DNA from: Candidatus Actinomarina sp.
GTDB lineage: Bacteria; Actinomycetota; Acidimicrobiia; Actinomarinales; Actinomarinaceae
Assembly: GCA_038142145.1 (NCBI GenBank)
Contig: JAYQJM010000005.1
Location: 451,816-515,815 of the forward strand
Direction of reading: 5' to 3'
DNA: 64,000 nucleotides
Shown here: positions 28,157-37,660 of the stretch, one piece after another
Layout of the letters: the number at the start of each line of letters is the position of its first letter
Position numbering within the stretch: the first letter of the stretch is position 1
Made by a program: the position numbers and the translations under genes
Notes under the pieces: model-generated
What the model saw: only the letters and a program-made list of their open reading frames with translations
What the model was told of the DNA's origin: nothing
Databases searched by the model: none

Positions 28157-28546
28157 TTAACCGACTCTACTTAAACGAACCTTTGATACGGCACAGAGTT
28201 TATCATTATGATAAATTTTAGATTCCCATAATTGATAAGATTTTCCTCCTTTGATTAAAGTAGCCTCACAAATTATTTCACCTTCTTTAACGCTAGACAA
28301 AAAATCAGTGTTGTTATTAACACCAACAAAAGTACCTTCTTGCGTAACATTTGCTCCGTAAGAGCATATAGTTTCAGATAAAGTTGAGTAAATGCCACCA
28401 TGTACAAGACCCATTGGCTGTTTATGGTTATTGTTTACTAAAAGTTTTGACTTAACATATCCTTCTTTGATTTCAATAAGTTCATGTCCTAAGTATGTAT
28501 CTAAAGTCTCTCCACCAAAGGACATAAATTCTTCATTCATATTCAT
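28157..28546 (-). CDS. PaaI-family hotdog thioesterase
   Basis: The track ORF starts at 28594. I prefer MNMNEEF at 28546. GLVHGGIYSTLSETI is typical of PaaI/YbgC-like thioesterases. Confidence 0.8.
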   Translation of the reverse strand: MNMNEEFMSFGGETLDTYLGHELIEIKEGYVKSKLLVNNNHKQPMGLVHGGIYSTLSETICSYGANVTQEGTFVGVNNNTDFLSSVKEGEIICEATLIKGGKSYQLWESKIYHNDKLCAVSKVRLSRVG

Positions 28547-29099
28547 TTTGTAACCTCTTTTCACCTTCGTTGTTAACAAACCAATAAAATCCATAAATAA
28601 AAGTTACTAATGTAATTATTGTCATGAAAATTACAAATAGATCATTACCTAATACATAGAAAATGTTATACATACCATAGAAATATTGTGTTAATCCTAA
28701 AAATGTTATGAATAGAGTAACGAACCCAAAATAAGAAAAATCTTTGCCGAGTTTAGCCACAACAATCTTTTTATCTTTTATTGGAAAAAAATATTTATTT
28801 TCTAACTTGTGTGTGATGAAAGTTTCAGAATCAAGAAGATTGTTGATTTTATTTTCCAAATACTCTGAATAATGTCTTGAAAAAATTAGAAAATAAGCAT
28901 GAAAAGCTAGTATCACACTTCCTAATAAAGAAACTATAGGAACTAAGTAAAAAACTTTATTTTGAGAAAAACTAACAATTAATACTGCTAAAGATATGAA
29001 AAAATAATATCTCACATCAATGAGAAATTGTTCATGATAAAATTTGTTCATTTGTCGCATTCTCTTTAGCTGTTCACTAAGTAAAGTAATTTTTTCCAT
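28533..29099 (-). CDS. hypothetical membrane protein (4 TM)
   Basis: 188 aa with four hydrophobic segments. No motif recognised. Confidence 0.5.
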   Translation of the reverse strand: MEKITLLSEQLKRMRQMNKFYHEQFLIDVRYYFFISLAVLIVSFSQNKVFYLVPIVSLLGSVILAFHAYFLIFSRHYSEYLENKINNLLDSETFITHKLENKYFFPIKDKKIVVAKLGKDFSYFGFVTLFITFLGLTQYFYGMYNIFYVLGNDLFVIFMTIITLVTFIYGFYWFVNNEGEKRLQNEYE

Positions 29100-29114
29100 T
29101 AGTTAAAGTGTATA

Positions 29115-29486
29115 TTGGCCATGATTAATAAAAGAAATATAATTACAATTTCAATTTCTCTTTTAGTGCTATTGTTTATAAATTTATTTTCTGATGTCAA
29201 AGTTGAATACTTAACAATGTCATTGACAGAATATAAAAATTTCAGCTTAAACTGTGGTACCGTTTATGAAATTTTAGTAAATAGAGTTGAATACACTGAT
29301 AAGGCCCTACGTATGAATCAGGCAGTGTGTTTTAATAATGCTGTGTTGAGAGTTTTTAATACTGTTTTTGGAACAATTTTTATATTACTGTCGTTATGGA
29401 TCGGAATTAGGTATGTAAGAAACAGATCAGAAAGAGAAGATATCACTGATCTGCTCACGATTTTAAAACTAAGAAATAAATCTTAA
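29115..29486 (+). CDS. hypothetical membrane protein (2 TM)
   Basis: 123 aa with N- and C-terminal hydrophobic helices. Confidence 0.45.
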   Translation: MAMINKRNIITISISLLVLLFINLFSDVKVEYLTMSLTEYKNFSLNCGTVYEILVNRVEYTDKALRMNQAVCFNNAVLRVFNTVFGTIFILLSLWIGIRYVRNRSEREDITDLLTILKLRNKS

Positions 29487-29499
29487 CTATAATTTAAAT

Positions 29500-30441
29500 A
29501 TGAAAATAGGAGCTTTTGTACCTCAAGGTTGGCGAATGGACCTAAATGGCATTGATAAAAATGATCAATGGCAAACAATTTTAGACGCAGCAAATAAAAT
29601 TGAAGCTCTGAATTATGAATCAATTTGGGTTTACGATCATTTCCATACGGTACCAAAACCTACACAAGATCCAACTTTCGAATGTTGGACGCTTATGTCG
29701 GCTCTTTCACAAACAACAGAAAAAGTTAGATTAGGACAAATGTGTACATGTAATTCCTATAGAAATCCATCATATTTAACTAAGGTAGCTTCAAATATAG
29801 ACGTGATGTCGAATGGACGTTTAGAATATGCAATTGGTGCTGGATGGTATGACCATGAATATAAAGCATATGGGTATGAGTATCCATCAGATGGTGAGCG
29901 TTTAAAAATGTTAGAAGAGTCACTTATTATATATAAACTCATGACGACAGAAGAAGAACCAAAATTTGAAGGTAAATATTATTCAATTGATGGAGCTATA
30001 AATCAACCAAAGCCTGTTCAGAAACCATACCCTCCTCTTTGGGTTTGTGGAGGTGGCGAAAAGGTAACTTTAAAATTATTAGCGAAATACGGTGACTACG
30101 GAAACTGGGATGTTGATGTGGAAGGTTTTATCCATAAGTCCAATGTATTAAAACAACATTGTGAAAATGAAGGAAGAGATTTCTCTGAAATTGGTAGAAC
30201 ATTGCATACTAATGTATTGATTGCAAATAGTGAAGATGAGCTTAAAACCAAAATTTCTAAGCTATCAACTTATACAAATATTCCTGAAGATTATTATTTC
30301 AACAGACCTCTGATAGGTACAAAAGATAAAGTTTTTGATACAATAAATCAATTTAAAGAAGCTGGATGTTCTTATTTAATTGCCTATGTGCCTGATGTTG
30401 TTTGGGGTGACACCTTAGATATATTGAGTGAACTAAATTAG
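29500..30441 (+). CDS. LLM-class (luciferase-like) F420-type oxidoreductase, Rv1855c-like
   Basis: 313 aa. MKIGAFVPQGWRMDL...SIWVYDHF is the characteristic N-terminus of this LLM subfamily. Confidence 0.8.
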   Translation: MKIGAFVPQGWRMDLNGIDKNDQWQTILDAANKIEALNYESIWVYDHFHTVPKPTQDPTFECWTLMSALSQTTEKVRLGQMCTCNSYRNPSYLTKVASNIDVMSNGRLEYAIGAGWYDHEYKAYGYEYPSDGERLKMLEESLIIYKLMTTEEEPKFEGKYYSIDGAINQPKPVQKPYPPLWVCGGGEKVTLKLLAKYGDYGNWDVDVEGFIHKSNVLKQHCENEGRDFSEIGRTLHTNVLIANSEDELKTKISKLSTYTNIPEDYYFNRPLIGTKDKVFDTINQFKEAGCSYLIAYVPDVVWGDTLDILSELN

Positions 30442-31268
30442 TACATAGTTGCTTGATCTATTTTTCCATGCTTTCTGGATAGTTTAAATAAAAATACATA
30501 ACTTAAAAAACAACCAATAGAGAAAACAACTGATGTAAACAATAGACTTTCCCAGTCGTAAGGATTATCTCTAAATACTGGATGAATACTATATCTTACT
30601 AATTCAATCCAGTGTATTAAAGGAAGTGATGTAGAAAAATTCTGAATATATGATGGTAGTATTTCTGGTCTAATAATTGATCCCGAAATTAAATATAGTA
30701 AACCTACTATTGCTTCTCCAACCCCAATTGGAGTCCTAGGTACATTTAAAGTTATACCTGCTGTTAATAAACCTAAAAAAAATAAAATCACTAATCCTAT
30801 AACTAAAGACAAAGTAAATTCAAAAAATAAAACAGATTCAAGTGTTATATTTAAATTCAAAAAAATATTTGAAACGATCGTAATTGTAAAGAAACTAAAT
30901 ATAGCAAACGGGACACCGGAACTAGCTCTTGCAGATAAATATATAAAAAAAGGTGTTGGACTTAATATGATATTTTTAATGTTTCTCAACCATTCTCTTT
31001 CAGAAGTTATTGCCCAGTACATAAGTTCTACTTGGCTTTGTACAAGCCCCCAAGTACTGATACCTATAATGACCCAGAGTAAATCTTTTAAGTTTGATCC
31101 CCTTGAGGCTACGGAATACATTATCGACAAAATAATTGCCGAGGAAATGGGTCTTATTGTTTTAACAAATAGAACATTTATAGGAGATGCCCAATTAGTT
31201 TCAATACGCCATCCAATGATTAGAGAAGAGATAAATCCTCTATATAAATTTCTGTGTTTTATTGCCAT
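30438..31268 (-). CDS. ABC-2 type transporter permease
   Basis: 276 aa, 6 TM. Translationally coupled downstream of a second permease and an ABC ATPase. Confidence 0.7.
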   Translation of the reverse strand: MAIKHRNLYRGFISSLIIGWRIETNWASPINVLFVKTIRPISSAIILSIMYSVASRGSNLKDLLWVIIGISTWGLVQSQVELMYWAITSEREWLRNIKNIILSPTPFFIYLSARASSGVPFAIFSFFTITIVSNIFLNLNITLESVLFFEFTLSLVIGLVILFFLGLLTAGITLNVPRTPIGVGEAIVGLLYLISGSIIRPEILPSYIQNFSTSLPLIHWIELVRYSIHPVFRDNPYDWESLLFTSVVFSIGCFLSYVFLFKLSRKHGKIDQATMY

Positions 31269-32077
31269 TTTAAAGTTAACGTCCCAGACTCTCTTGCCGA
31301 CTTTTCCATATAATTTAATGTATATTTTGAAAATCTAAGTGCTATTAATGCATAAAAAAACATTATTACTGTTTCTATTTCCCAAGATATAAGTGTTGGA
31401 TATTCAGAGACTACTAAAACTTGTCTAAGAGCATCTATTCCTAGAGTAAGTGGGATAAGTGAAGCAATAGCGCCAAAAAGTATATTTATTGAAAATATAG
31501 GAAAAAAAGAACCAGATAGAAGTTGAACAGGCTCATTTGCCATTTCTAAATAATATTCAAACTCTCTTCCATATTTTAAAAACACAGATGCCAAACACAT
31601 ACCTATTGCATACAATGCAACAACACAAGAAATAAAAATGATTAAGGCTTGATACCAATTAGACCATAAAAATTCTGTGTCAAATAAAACAGAAGATATT
31701 GAAAAAATTGCAACTGTATAAGAAGTTGTAGATATGCTTCCTCCAACCATCATCCCTAACAATATCCAAGATAATTTAGTGGGGCTTGATATGTAAAATT
31801 CTAAATTACCGCCATCTTTTTCCCATCTAAGTTGTAAAGCCATTGCGAAAACTACATTAAACCAAATTGCCATCATTGAACCACCAATAACTGCATAAGC
31901 TTCAAATGCAGGATCTGCATTAAAGCTCCTAAGAACATAAATGAATGCGATAATTGATAAAACGGGCAGCAATATTTCAAACAAAACCCAAGATGGTTCT
32001 CTTAAAACACCCCATATTCTTGGATAAGCTCTTCCATAAATTGTTCTTAAAGCAAATTTATAGTTATAACGATTCAT
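31259..32077 (-). CDS. ABC-2 type transporter permease
   Basis: 272 aa, 6 TM. Overlaps both neighbours. Confidence 0.7.
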   Translation of the reverse strand: MNRYNYKFALRTIYGRAYPRIWGVLREPSWVLFEILLPVLSIIAFIYVLRSFNADPAFEAYAVIGGSMMAIWFNVVFAMALQLRWEKDGGNLEFYISSPTKLSWILLGMMVGGSISTTSYTVAIFSISSVLFDTEFLWSNWYQALIIFISCVVALYAIGMCLASVFLKYGREFEYYLEMANEPVQLLSGSFFPIFSINILFGAIASLIPLTLGIDALRQVLVVSEYPTLISWEIETVIMFFYALIALRFSKYTLNYMEKSARESGTLTLKWQ

Positions 32078-33011
32078 TTAATTTTTTTCCAGTCAAATTT
32101 AAAAATGCATCTTCTAATGTTGGTTCATATCTATTTACAGAAACAATGCCATTTAAATTTTTTAAACTATTGAAAATAGATTCTGAATTTTCATCTGAAT
32201 CAAGTTCAATAGATACAGTATCTTTATTAATTTCTACACGTTCAAATTTTTCTAAATCAGTATGAGGGATATTTTCTAAAAATTTACAAATGTACTTAAC
32301 TGAAAATTCTGCTTTATTTTTTAATTCATTAGATGTTCCAGTATGCAATATTTTTCCATCATCAATTATTGATATTTTTTCACACATATCATCTGCTTCT
32401 TGCATGTAATGAGTAGTTAGCAGAATAGTCCTTTCACCATTTCCTTCTTTTATCCATTCCTTTAAATATCGCCTTACGTCTAATGCTATTTCAACATCTA
32501 ATCCCAATGTTGGTTCATCCAGAAATAGTATTTCAGGATCAGTCATTAGCCCTCTTACTAGATTCATTTTTTGTCTCATTCCTGTTGAGAGTTCATTAAG
32601 TTTTACATCTCTTGAATTTTCTAAACCTACGATTTCTAATAACTGATTAATTTTGTATTTTGCTTCATTTTTGGTAAGTCCATTAAACATTGCAAACATT
32701 GTTAATTGTTCATAGACACTCAATAAACCATAACCGGACATTTCTCCACCTGTAACTAGTGAAATTTTCCATCTAATTTCATTCTCTTCTTTAAAAACAT
32801 CGTGCCCTAGAACTGAAACAGAACCTGAAGTTGGCAATAATAATGTAGTAAAGATTTTGATTAAAGTCGACTTTCCAGCACCATTTGGACCTAATAGACC
32901 ATAGAAAGATCCTCTCTCAACTTCAATATTTACATTATCAAGTGCTAATTTGTAAGGAGAGTTTCTTTTTTTGAATTCACGAACAACATTTTTTGCTTCA
33001 ATTGCAAACAT
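32064..33011 (-). CDS. ABC transporter ATP-binding protein (DrrA/CcmA-like exporter ATPase)
   Basis: 315 aa. Walker A GPNGAGKST, signature LSTGMRQKMNL and Walker B LFLDEPTLGLD. Confidence 0.93.
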   Translation of the reverse strand: MFAIEAKNVVREFKKRNSPYKLALDNVNIEVERGSFYGLLGPNGAGKSTLIKIFTTLLLPTSGSVSVLGHDVFKEENEIRWKISLVTGGEMSGYGLLSVYEQLTMFAMFNGLTKNEAKYKINQLLEIVGLENSRDVKLNELSTGMRQKMNLVRGLMTDPEILFLDEPTLGLDVEIALDVRRYLKEWIKEGNGERTILLTTHYMQEADDMCEKISIIDDGKILHTGTSNELKNKAEFSVKYICKFLENIPHTDLEKFERVEINKDTVSIELDSDENSESIFNSLKNLNGIVSVNRYEPTLEDAFLNLTGKKLNESL

Positions 33012-33027
33012 TTATATCCTTTTGCAC

Positions 33028-33061
33028 AAAAAAAACGGAAGCCTCCCAAAAGGAGGCTTCC
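33028..33061 (-). terminator. rho-independent terminator
   Basis: The minus strand reads GGAAGCCTCC-TTTTG-GGAGGCTTCC followed by GTTTTTTTT. That is a perfect 10-bp GC-rich stem (33037-33046 / 33052-33061) plus a T8 tract (33028-33035). It lies 72 nt after the DUF3048 gene stop. Confidence 0.8.
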
Positions 33062-33132
33062 CAACAGGGCTGCGTATCACACTTAATTGAAACGCAATCT
33101 AAGGATATCACGTAACATATTAAAAAGTAAAG

Positions 33133-34878
33133 TTAATTATTGAAAGAAGGTGAATATGTGTTTGGAACCAAGGAAATCCATGGCTTACCTTTGGGTACAA
33201 ATAAGGTATTTCCAGAACTATCAACTATATGAAATGGATCTAAATTAGAGCCTCTTTTCCATGTAGCATCGAGCATTTTACCGTTATGCATAATGACAGC
33301 CCTACCTTCGCCAACGGTTTTTACAGATGGTAATTGAAGTGGATGAATATAAGGTTCACAAAAAAGAGCTATTACAGTTTTCATAGAAATTTGACCAGTA
33401 TTTCCATTTTGATCAATCCATGAATGAACATTATTAGATGAACTACCCTTGTACGCATCATAATAAGTTCGTACATACGAAGTACCATTCCAAGTCCATT
33501 TTGTTGTTGTCTGGCCTGAAAATTTTAATGTAATTGAATTTCCTGTACTCCAAGATGCTGTACTTGGATCTCCCCAAGGAAATAATGGTTGAGGATTTGT
33601 AGATTTTTTGTAGCCTTTAGCTACTGCTAAAGATTTTAACTTTGCTGTGTCTGCATAAAGATTATGAGGAGCACTTCTTGAAGAAATTCTGAAGTATTCA
33701 GGTCTTCTATCTGAAATAACAGGGACACCCATATCAATTATTTCAGGAATTAAACCTCCAGTAGCACCACTTGCTACTAAAACTCCATCAAGTGGTCTTA
33801 ACACTGTAGGATCTGTAGGCCTTGCAGATCTTATAGGACCATGATAATTTGTATCTGATTCATAAAATATATTTATAAATCTAGTCATACCCCCTTCAAC
33901 CAACACTTCAAATACAGCATCTGCATTTTGTGGACCTGATTGAGGTCTTGCTCTTACGTTATTATCATTTTTAACGCCTATTACAATTTTGTTATTTGCA
34001 TTTGAGGGCATAGGTAAACCATTTACAGGTGAATTTACACCATCTGTATAATTTTGTGTTTTTACTCTACCAATAGTTACATATGTTTTTTCTTTTTCTA
34101 ATGACCATCTATCAGCTAAGTAAGCATCAAGCTCGTTTTGTGAATTTACTTGTGCAGTCTTACCGAATCTATAAACAAAAACAGGTTTAAAACATGGGTC
34201 AGGAACCCAGATGCCATTGGAATCTACATAACCTGAAACACAAGGTTTAGACGGATCATAGTTTCTTAAATCTAGCGCTGAACTAGAACTTACTGTAGTA
34301 CTATCCGTTTCTGTATTGCTCGGTGTATTATCAACTGTTACATAACTAGCTTCACCTTTAGAAAGTGCTGCTTTAGTTAATGGTCCAAGTACTCCGTCTT
34401 GTGATAGACCACTTTTACGTTGGAATTCTTTAACTGCTCTTTTTGTTCCAGGCCCATTTATACCATCAACAGTAGACGTATATAGGCCTAAAGCTTTAAG
34501 TTGAGTTTGAGCATCATAAATTTCTTGTGAAAATTTATCTTCTTCATTTTCAATATTGTCATTTGTTAAATTAGTTGAACTTGCTTTTTCACTTTTTATA
34601 ATATCTGTCTTATTTAAAAATAAAGTACATGTATTGAGACCTACTACGCCATCTGGAGATAAATTATTTTTTCCTTGAAAGAGTATTAAAGCTTTTCTAG
34701 ATTTATTACCAAATTGCCCATCAATTTTTCCATCATAATAACCATATGATTTCAACACTACTTGGAGCATGATGTCACTTCTTACAGGATGATTCTGATA
34801 GTAATCATTACAACTATCAATAGATGGTTGGACAACAATTAGGGATGATATTATTAAAGAAGAAATGAAATTAATCAT
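33133..34878 (-). CDS. secreted protein: two peptidoglycan-binding (PG_binding_1) repeats fused to a DUF3048 domain
   Basis: 581 aa. PG-binding repeats LQVVLKSYGYYDGKIDGQFGNKSRKALILFQ and LKALGLYTSTVDGINGPGTKRAVKEFQ. DUF3048 core NVRARPQSGPQNADAVFEVLVEGGMTRF...GPIRSARPTDP. Confidence 0.8.
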   Translation of the reverse strand: MINFISSLIISSLIVVQPSIDSCNDYYQNHPVRSDIMLQVVLKSYGYYDGKIDGQFGNKSRKALILFQGKNNLSPDGVVGLNTCTLFLNKTDIIKSEKASSTNLTNDNIENEEDKFSQEIYDAQTQLKALGLYTSTVDGINGPGTKRAVKEFQRKSGLSQDGVLGPLTKAALSKGEASYVTVDNTPSNTETDSTTVSSSSALDLRNYDPSKPCVSGYVDSNGIWVPDPCFKPVFVYRFGKTAQVNSQNELDAYLADRWSLEKEKTYVTIGRVKTQNYTDGVNSPVNGLPMPSNANNKIVIGVKNDNNVRARPQSGPQNADAVFEVLVEGGMTRFINIFYESDTNYHGPIRSARPTDPTVLRPLDGVLVASGATGGLIPEIIDMGVPVISDRRPEYFRISSRSAPHNLYADTAKLKSLAVAKGYKKSTNPQPLFPWGDPSTASWSTGNSITLKFSGQTTTKWTWNGTSYVRTYYDAYKGSSSNNVHSWIDQNGNTGQISMKTVIALFCEPYIHPLQLPSVKTVGEGRAVIMHNGKMLDATWKRGSNLDPFHIVDSSGNTLFVPKGKPWISLVPNTYSPSFNN

Positions 34879-34887
34879 TTTAATAGT

Positions 34888-35997
34888 TTAATCTTCTATA
34901 GTTATTTCGCCTTCATTAGGTAAAATATGTACCCACTGTGAACTTGGTGGAACTTCAATAGGGTTTTGATTTGAGTCAAGCAAATCAAATGTTTCAGATA
35001 TATCTCCCCTTCTCCAAGTACCTTTAATGTGTTTACCACCACTAATAACATATGCATCTCCAACACCAACTGTTAATACACTTGGTAGTGTTGTAGCTTT
35101 ATCTTTGTATAAAGGACCTTGCAGTACAACAATTGTTTCAGTCTTTAATATGTCTGAGTTTCCTTCTTGAGTAATAAAATTATGTGCAACTGCTTCTTTG
35201 TTATCTGAATAATTGTCAATTATAAATCGAGCATATTTGTCACCATCCTGTTTCCAAATAACAGTTGTAAAATCTGAATATTTAATTGTTATTTTGCTTG
35301 CACCTTCATTCCAGTTATTTTGATCTAAACCAAATGGATAAAGAGGGTTTGGTCCTGGTTGAAGGAAATAAAAACCACGCTCATTAATTCTTTCTCTTAC
35401 TAGCTCTGTATCTGCATATAAATTGTGTGGTGCATTTCTAGATGAAATTCTAAACATTGTAGGTGCATTTTGTTCTTCTAAAACTGGTACTCCAAGATCT
35501 CTAATAGCTGGAATTAGACCATCTGTAGCACCTGAAACAACAAGAGTTCCACCATACGGTCTAACTAAAGTAGGATCGGTTGGTCTAGCTGAACGTATTG
35601 GACCTAAATATTTAGATGTATTGTCTAGAAAGAAGGCTAGAAATCTAGTCATACCACCTTCAACTAATATTTCATGAACAGAATCGGCTTCTTGTAGGCC
35701 AGATTGAGGTCGTGCATTAATATTATTGTCAATTTTAAAAGCTATTACTCTTCTAGGACGATTTAACCAAATTTCTGGAGGTAACTCTTTTCCAGTTAAC
35801 GGAGACATTTTTTCAACATCAAAAACATATTGGAATACAGGTTCAGTTGTTGTTGTTGTATCTTGTGAGTTTTCACTACCGCTAATTGTTGTTGTGGTAG
35901 ATTCAACAACAGGATCTGCAGAAGATTCATTTTCATCAGTACCGGATCCACATGCAACTAAAGAAAGCAAGAGCAAAATAATTATATTTTTCTTCAT
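34888..35997 (-). CDS. DUF3048 lipoprotein (YerB-like)
   Basis: 369 aa. Lipobox LVACGSG, T-rich linker and INARPQSGLQEADSVHEILVEGGMTRF...GPIRSARPTDP. It is a paralog of the downstream gene. Confidence 0.8.
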   Translation of the reverse strand: MKKNIIILLLLSLVACGSGTDENESSADPVVESTTTTISGSENSQDTTTTTEPVFQYVFDVEKMSPLTGKELPPEIWLNRPRRVIAFKIDNNINARPQSGLQEADSVHEILVEGGMTRFLAFFLDNTSKYLGPIRSARPTDPTLVRPYGGTLVVSGATDGLIPAIRDLGVPVLEEQNAPTMFRISSRNAPHNLYADTELVRERINERGFYFLQPGPNPLYPFGLDQNNWNEGASKITIKYSDFTTVIWKQDGDKYARFIIDNYSDNKEAVAHNFITQEGNSDILKTETIVVLQGPLYKDKATTLPSVLTVGVGDAYVISGGKHIKGTWRRGDISETFDLLDSNQNPIEVPPSSQWVHILPNEGEITIED

Positions 35998-36001
35998 ATG
36001 T

Positions 36002-37651
36002 CTATATTAGTGTAGAAAAAATTAATTTAATAAAGTTTAATTTTGACTTAGAAGCTTGGTAATAAGTTAGATTCTTAAAAATACGATGACTTTTTTTATT
36101 GGTTACAAACCACGGTGGATCAATTAATCTTGAAATCCTAAACTTAGTTTTTACTATACCTTTTTGAGGAGACTCAAGAAACAAAGCATTGTGCACAAAT
36201 CCTTGACCGCTTTGAATGTCATAATCAGGATTACCTGGATACCCACCCCATGGCATAGTAGGTATAACATATCCAATTGCTGCCCATTCATTTACTGCTA
36301 TTGTTCCGTATGTAAGATTATTTAAATACCTATCTAATAATTTCTTATTACGTTTTTTATTATGATTTTTAAACAATATAGAAACCCCTAGATTACCCCA
36401 AAGGTTTGTATTTACATATTCAACAGCTTTATCAACATAGTCATCAACGTCATCATGGTCTAACTCTTTAAAATATAAAACACTTGACCATACTTCATTT
36501 TTTTCAAAATCTAATTCATCATCTATATCAGAAACTAGAAATGGAGTTTCACAAGAAGAATCGTTAACTTGATTATAAGAATCATTACTTTGTAAGGATG
36601 ATAAAAGTTTATTTGCACCTGGATAATAAGATGATGTGTCTCCGATTTTATTTAAATAGTAATTAATATATTTTTTTAATATTTCAGCATGTCTCCATTG
36701 CTTAGGGATAACAATAATTTGTGCAGCAATACAATTAAAACCAGAATTGTTCAGTTTTGCTGTTACAATTTTTCTGGCTTGATATTTAATTTCAGATCTT
36801 GACCAGTTGCCTGGATGAATAATAAACGGAGTTACATTTCCAAGTTCTGTGGTTATAGGAGTTTTGTTAACTTTCTTTAGAGTTTTTGTATTACGTTCTT
36901 TTTCAGATAACACTTTTTTATACACTATTTTTTCATAAGTAAAGTTTGAACCAGTTAAATGAATATGATTAAAACTTTCGTGATCACATAAATATTCAGA
37001 AGCTTCTATATCAGCTTTGGATACTATTAGGTAACCTCTTTCTATAAAAGGCATTAAAATTTGTTCAAAAACTGGAAGTAAATAATCATTTACGGGATTT
37101 AATTTTAAAAATATTGTAGATCTATAAGCAATAATATGAAAAAGTGCATCGAGTAACGGTATAGATGAAACATTGCCAGCACCTAAAACTAACGTAATTT
37201 TAGGAGTAAATTTATCATATCTATTTGAAAAGCCTCTATAAGTATCTATCTTTTCAAAATCTAATGTTTTATTGAATACAACTTCACCAGTTAAAAAGGG
37301 AAATGTTAATTTTTCAACATTATTGTTGGGAAAGACTTTCAATGTATTTGTGTTTTCATCAAAATTACTCATATCTAAATTTGATTCATTTTGTAAAAAT
37401 TTTATGTAATACTCTATTGCGAGGATTGTAGAAAAAGGACCAGATACCCAATCTTCACCCGCTAAGTGTTTTTTATCATATCCTTTATTTTCTGAAGCGA
37501 CAGATATCCAATAATATGATGTGGTTTTAATGTTTTTAATAACATTTTGCAACATAGATATGAGATCGTCATTAGATAAATTAGAAAAGTCTTTTGAATT
37601 TAATCTTAATTTACTGACACTTCTGTCAATTTCTAACTTAGAAGGATACAT
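36002..37651 (-). CDS. aldehyde dehydrogenase superfamily protein (long form)
   Basis: 549 aa. ELGNVTPFII (the ELGG-type Glu motif) and NSGFNCIAAQ (catalytic Cys motif). Confidence 0.65.
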   Translation of the reverse strand: MYPSKLEIDRSVSKLRLNSKDFSNLSNDDLISMLQNVIKNIKTTSYYWISVASENKGYDKKHLAGEDWVSGPFSTILAIEYYIKFLQNESNLDMSNFDENTNTLKVFPNNNVEKLTFPFLTGEVVFNKTLDFEKIDTYRGFSNRYDKFTPKITLVLGAGNVSSIPLLDALFHIIAYRSTIFLKLNPVNDYLLPVFEQILMPFIERGYLIVSKADIEASEYLCDHESFNHIHLTGSNFTYEKIVYKKVLSEKERNTKTLKKVNKTPITTELGNVTPFIIHPGNWSRSEIKYQARKIVTAKLNNSGFNCIAAQIIVIPKQWRHAEILKKYINYYLNKIGDTSSYYPGANKLLSSLQSNDSYNQVNDSSCETPFLVSDIDDELDFEKNEVWSSVLYFKELDHDDVDDYVDKAVEYVNTNLWGNLGVSILFKNHNKKRNKKLLDRYLNNLTYGTIAVNEWAAIGYVIPTMPWGGYPGNPDYDIQSGQGFVHNALFLESPQKGIVKTKFRISRLIDPPWFVTNKKSHRIFKNLTYYQASKSKLNFIKLIFSTLI

Positions 37652-37660
37652 AAATATATC

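Noticed and set aside
28547-28594. The N-terminal extension of the PaaI thioesterase ORF (MDFIGLLTTKVKRGYK...).
   Set aside because: It overlaps the upstream membrane-protein gene by 62 nt. The internal Met at 28546 or 28540 gives the short overlap that is typical of this genome.
33071-33095. The hairpin TGCGT-N15-ACGCA upstream of the strong terminator, considered as an antiterminator element of a riboswitch.
   Set aside because: It has only a 5-bp stem, and I see no convincing complementarity to the terminator arm by eye. This needs computational folding. It is kept only as a note within the leader finding.
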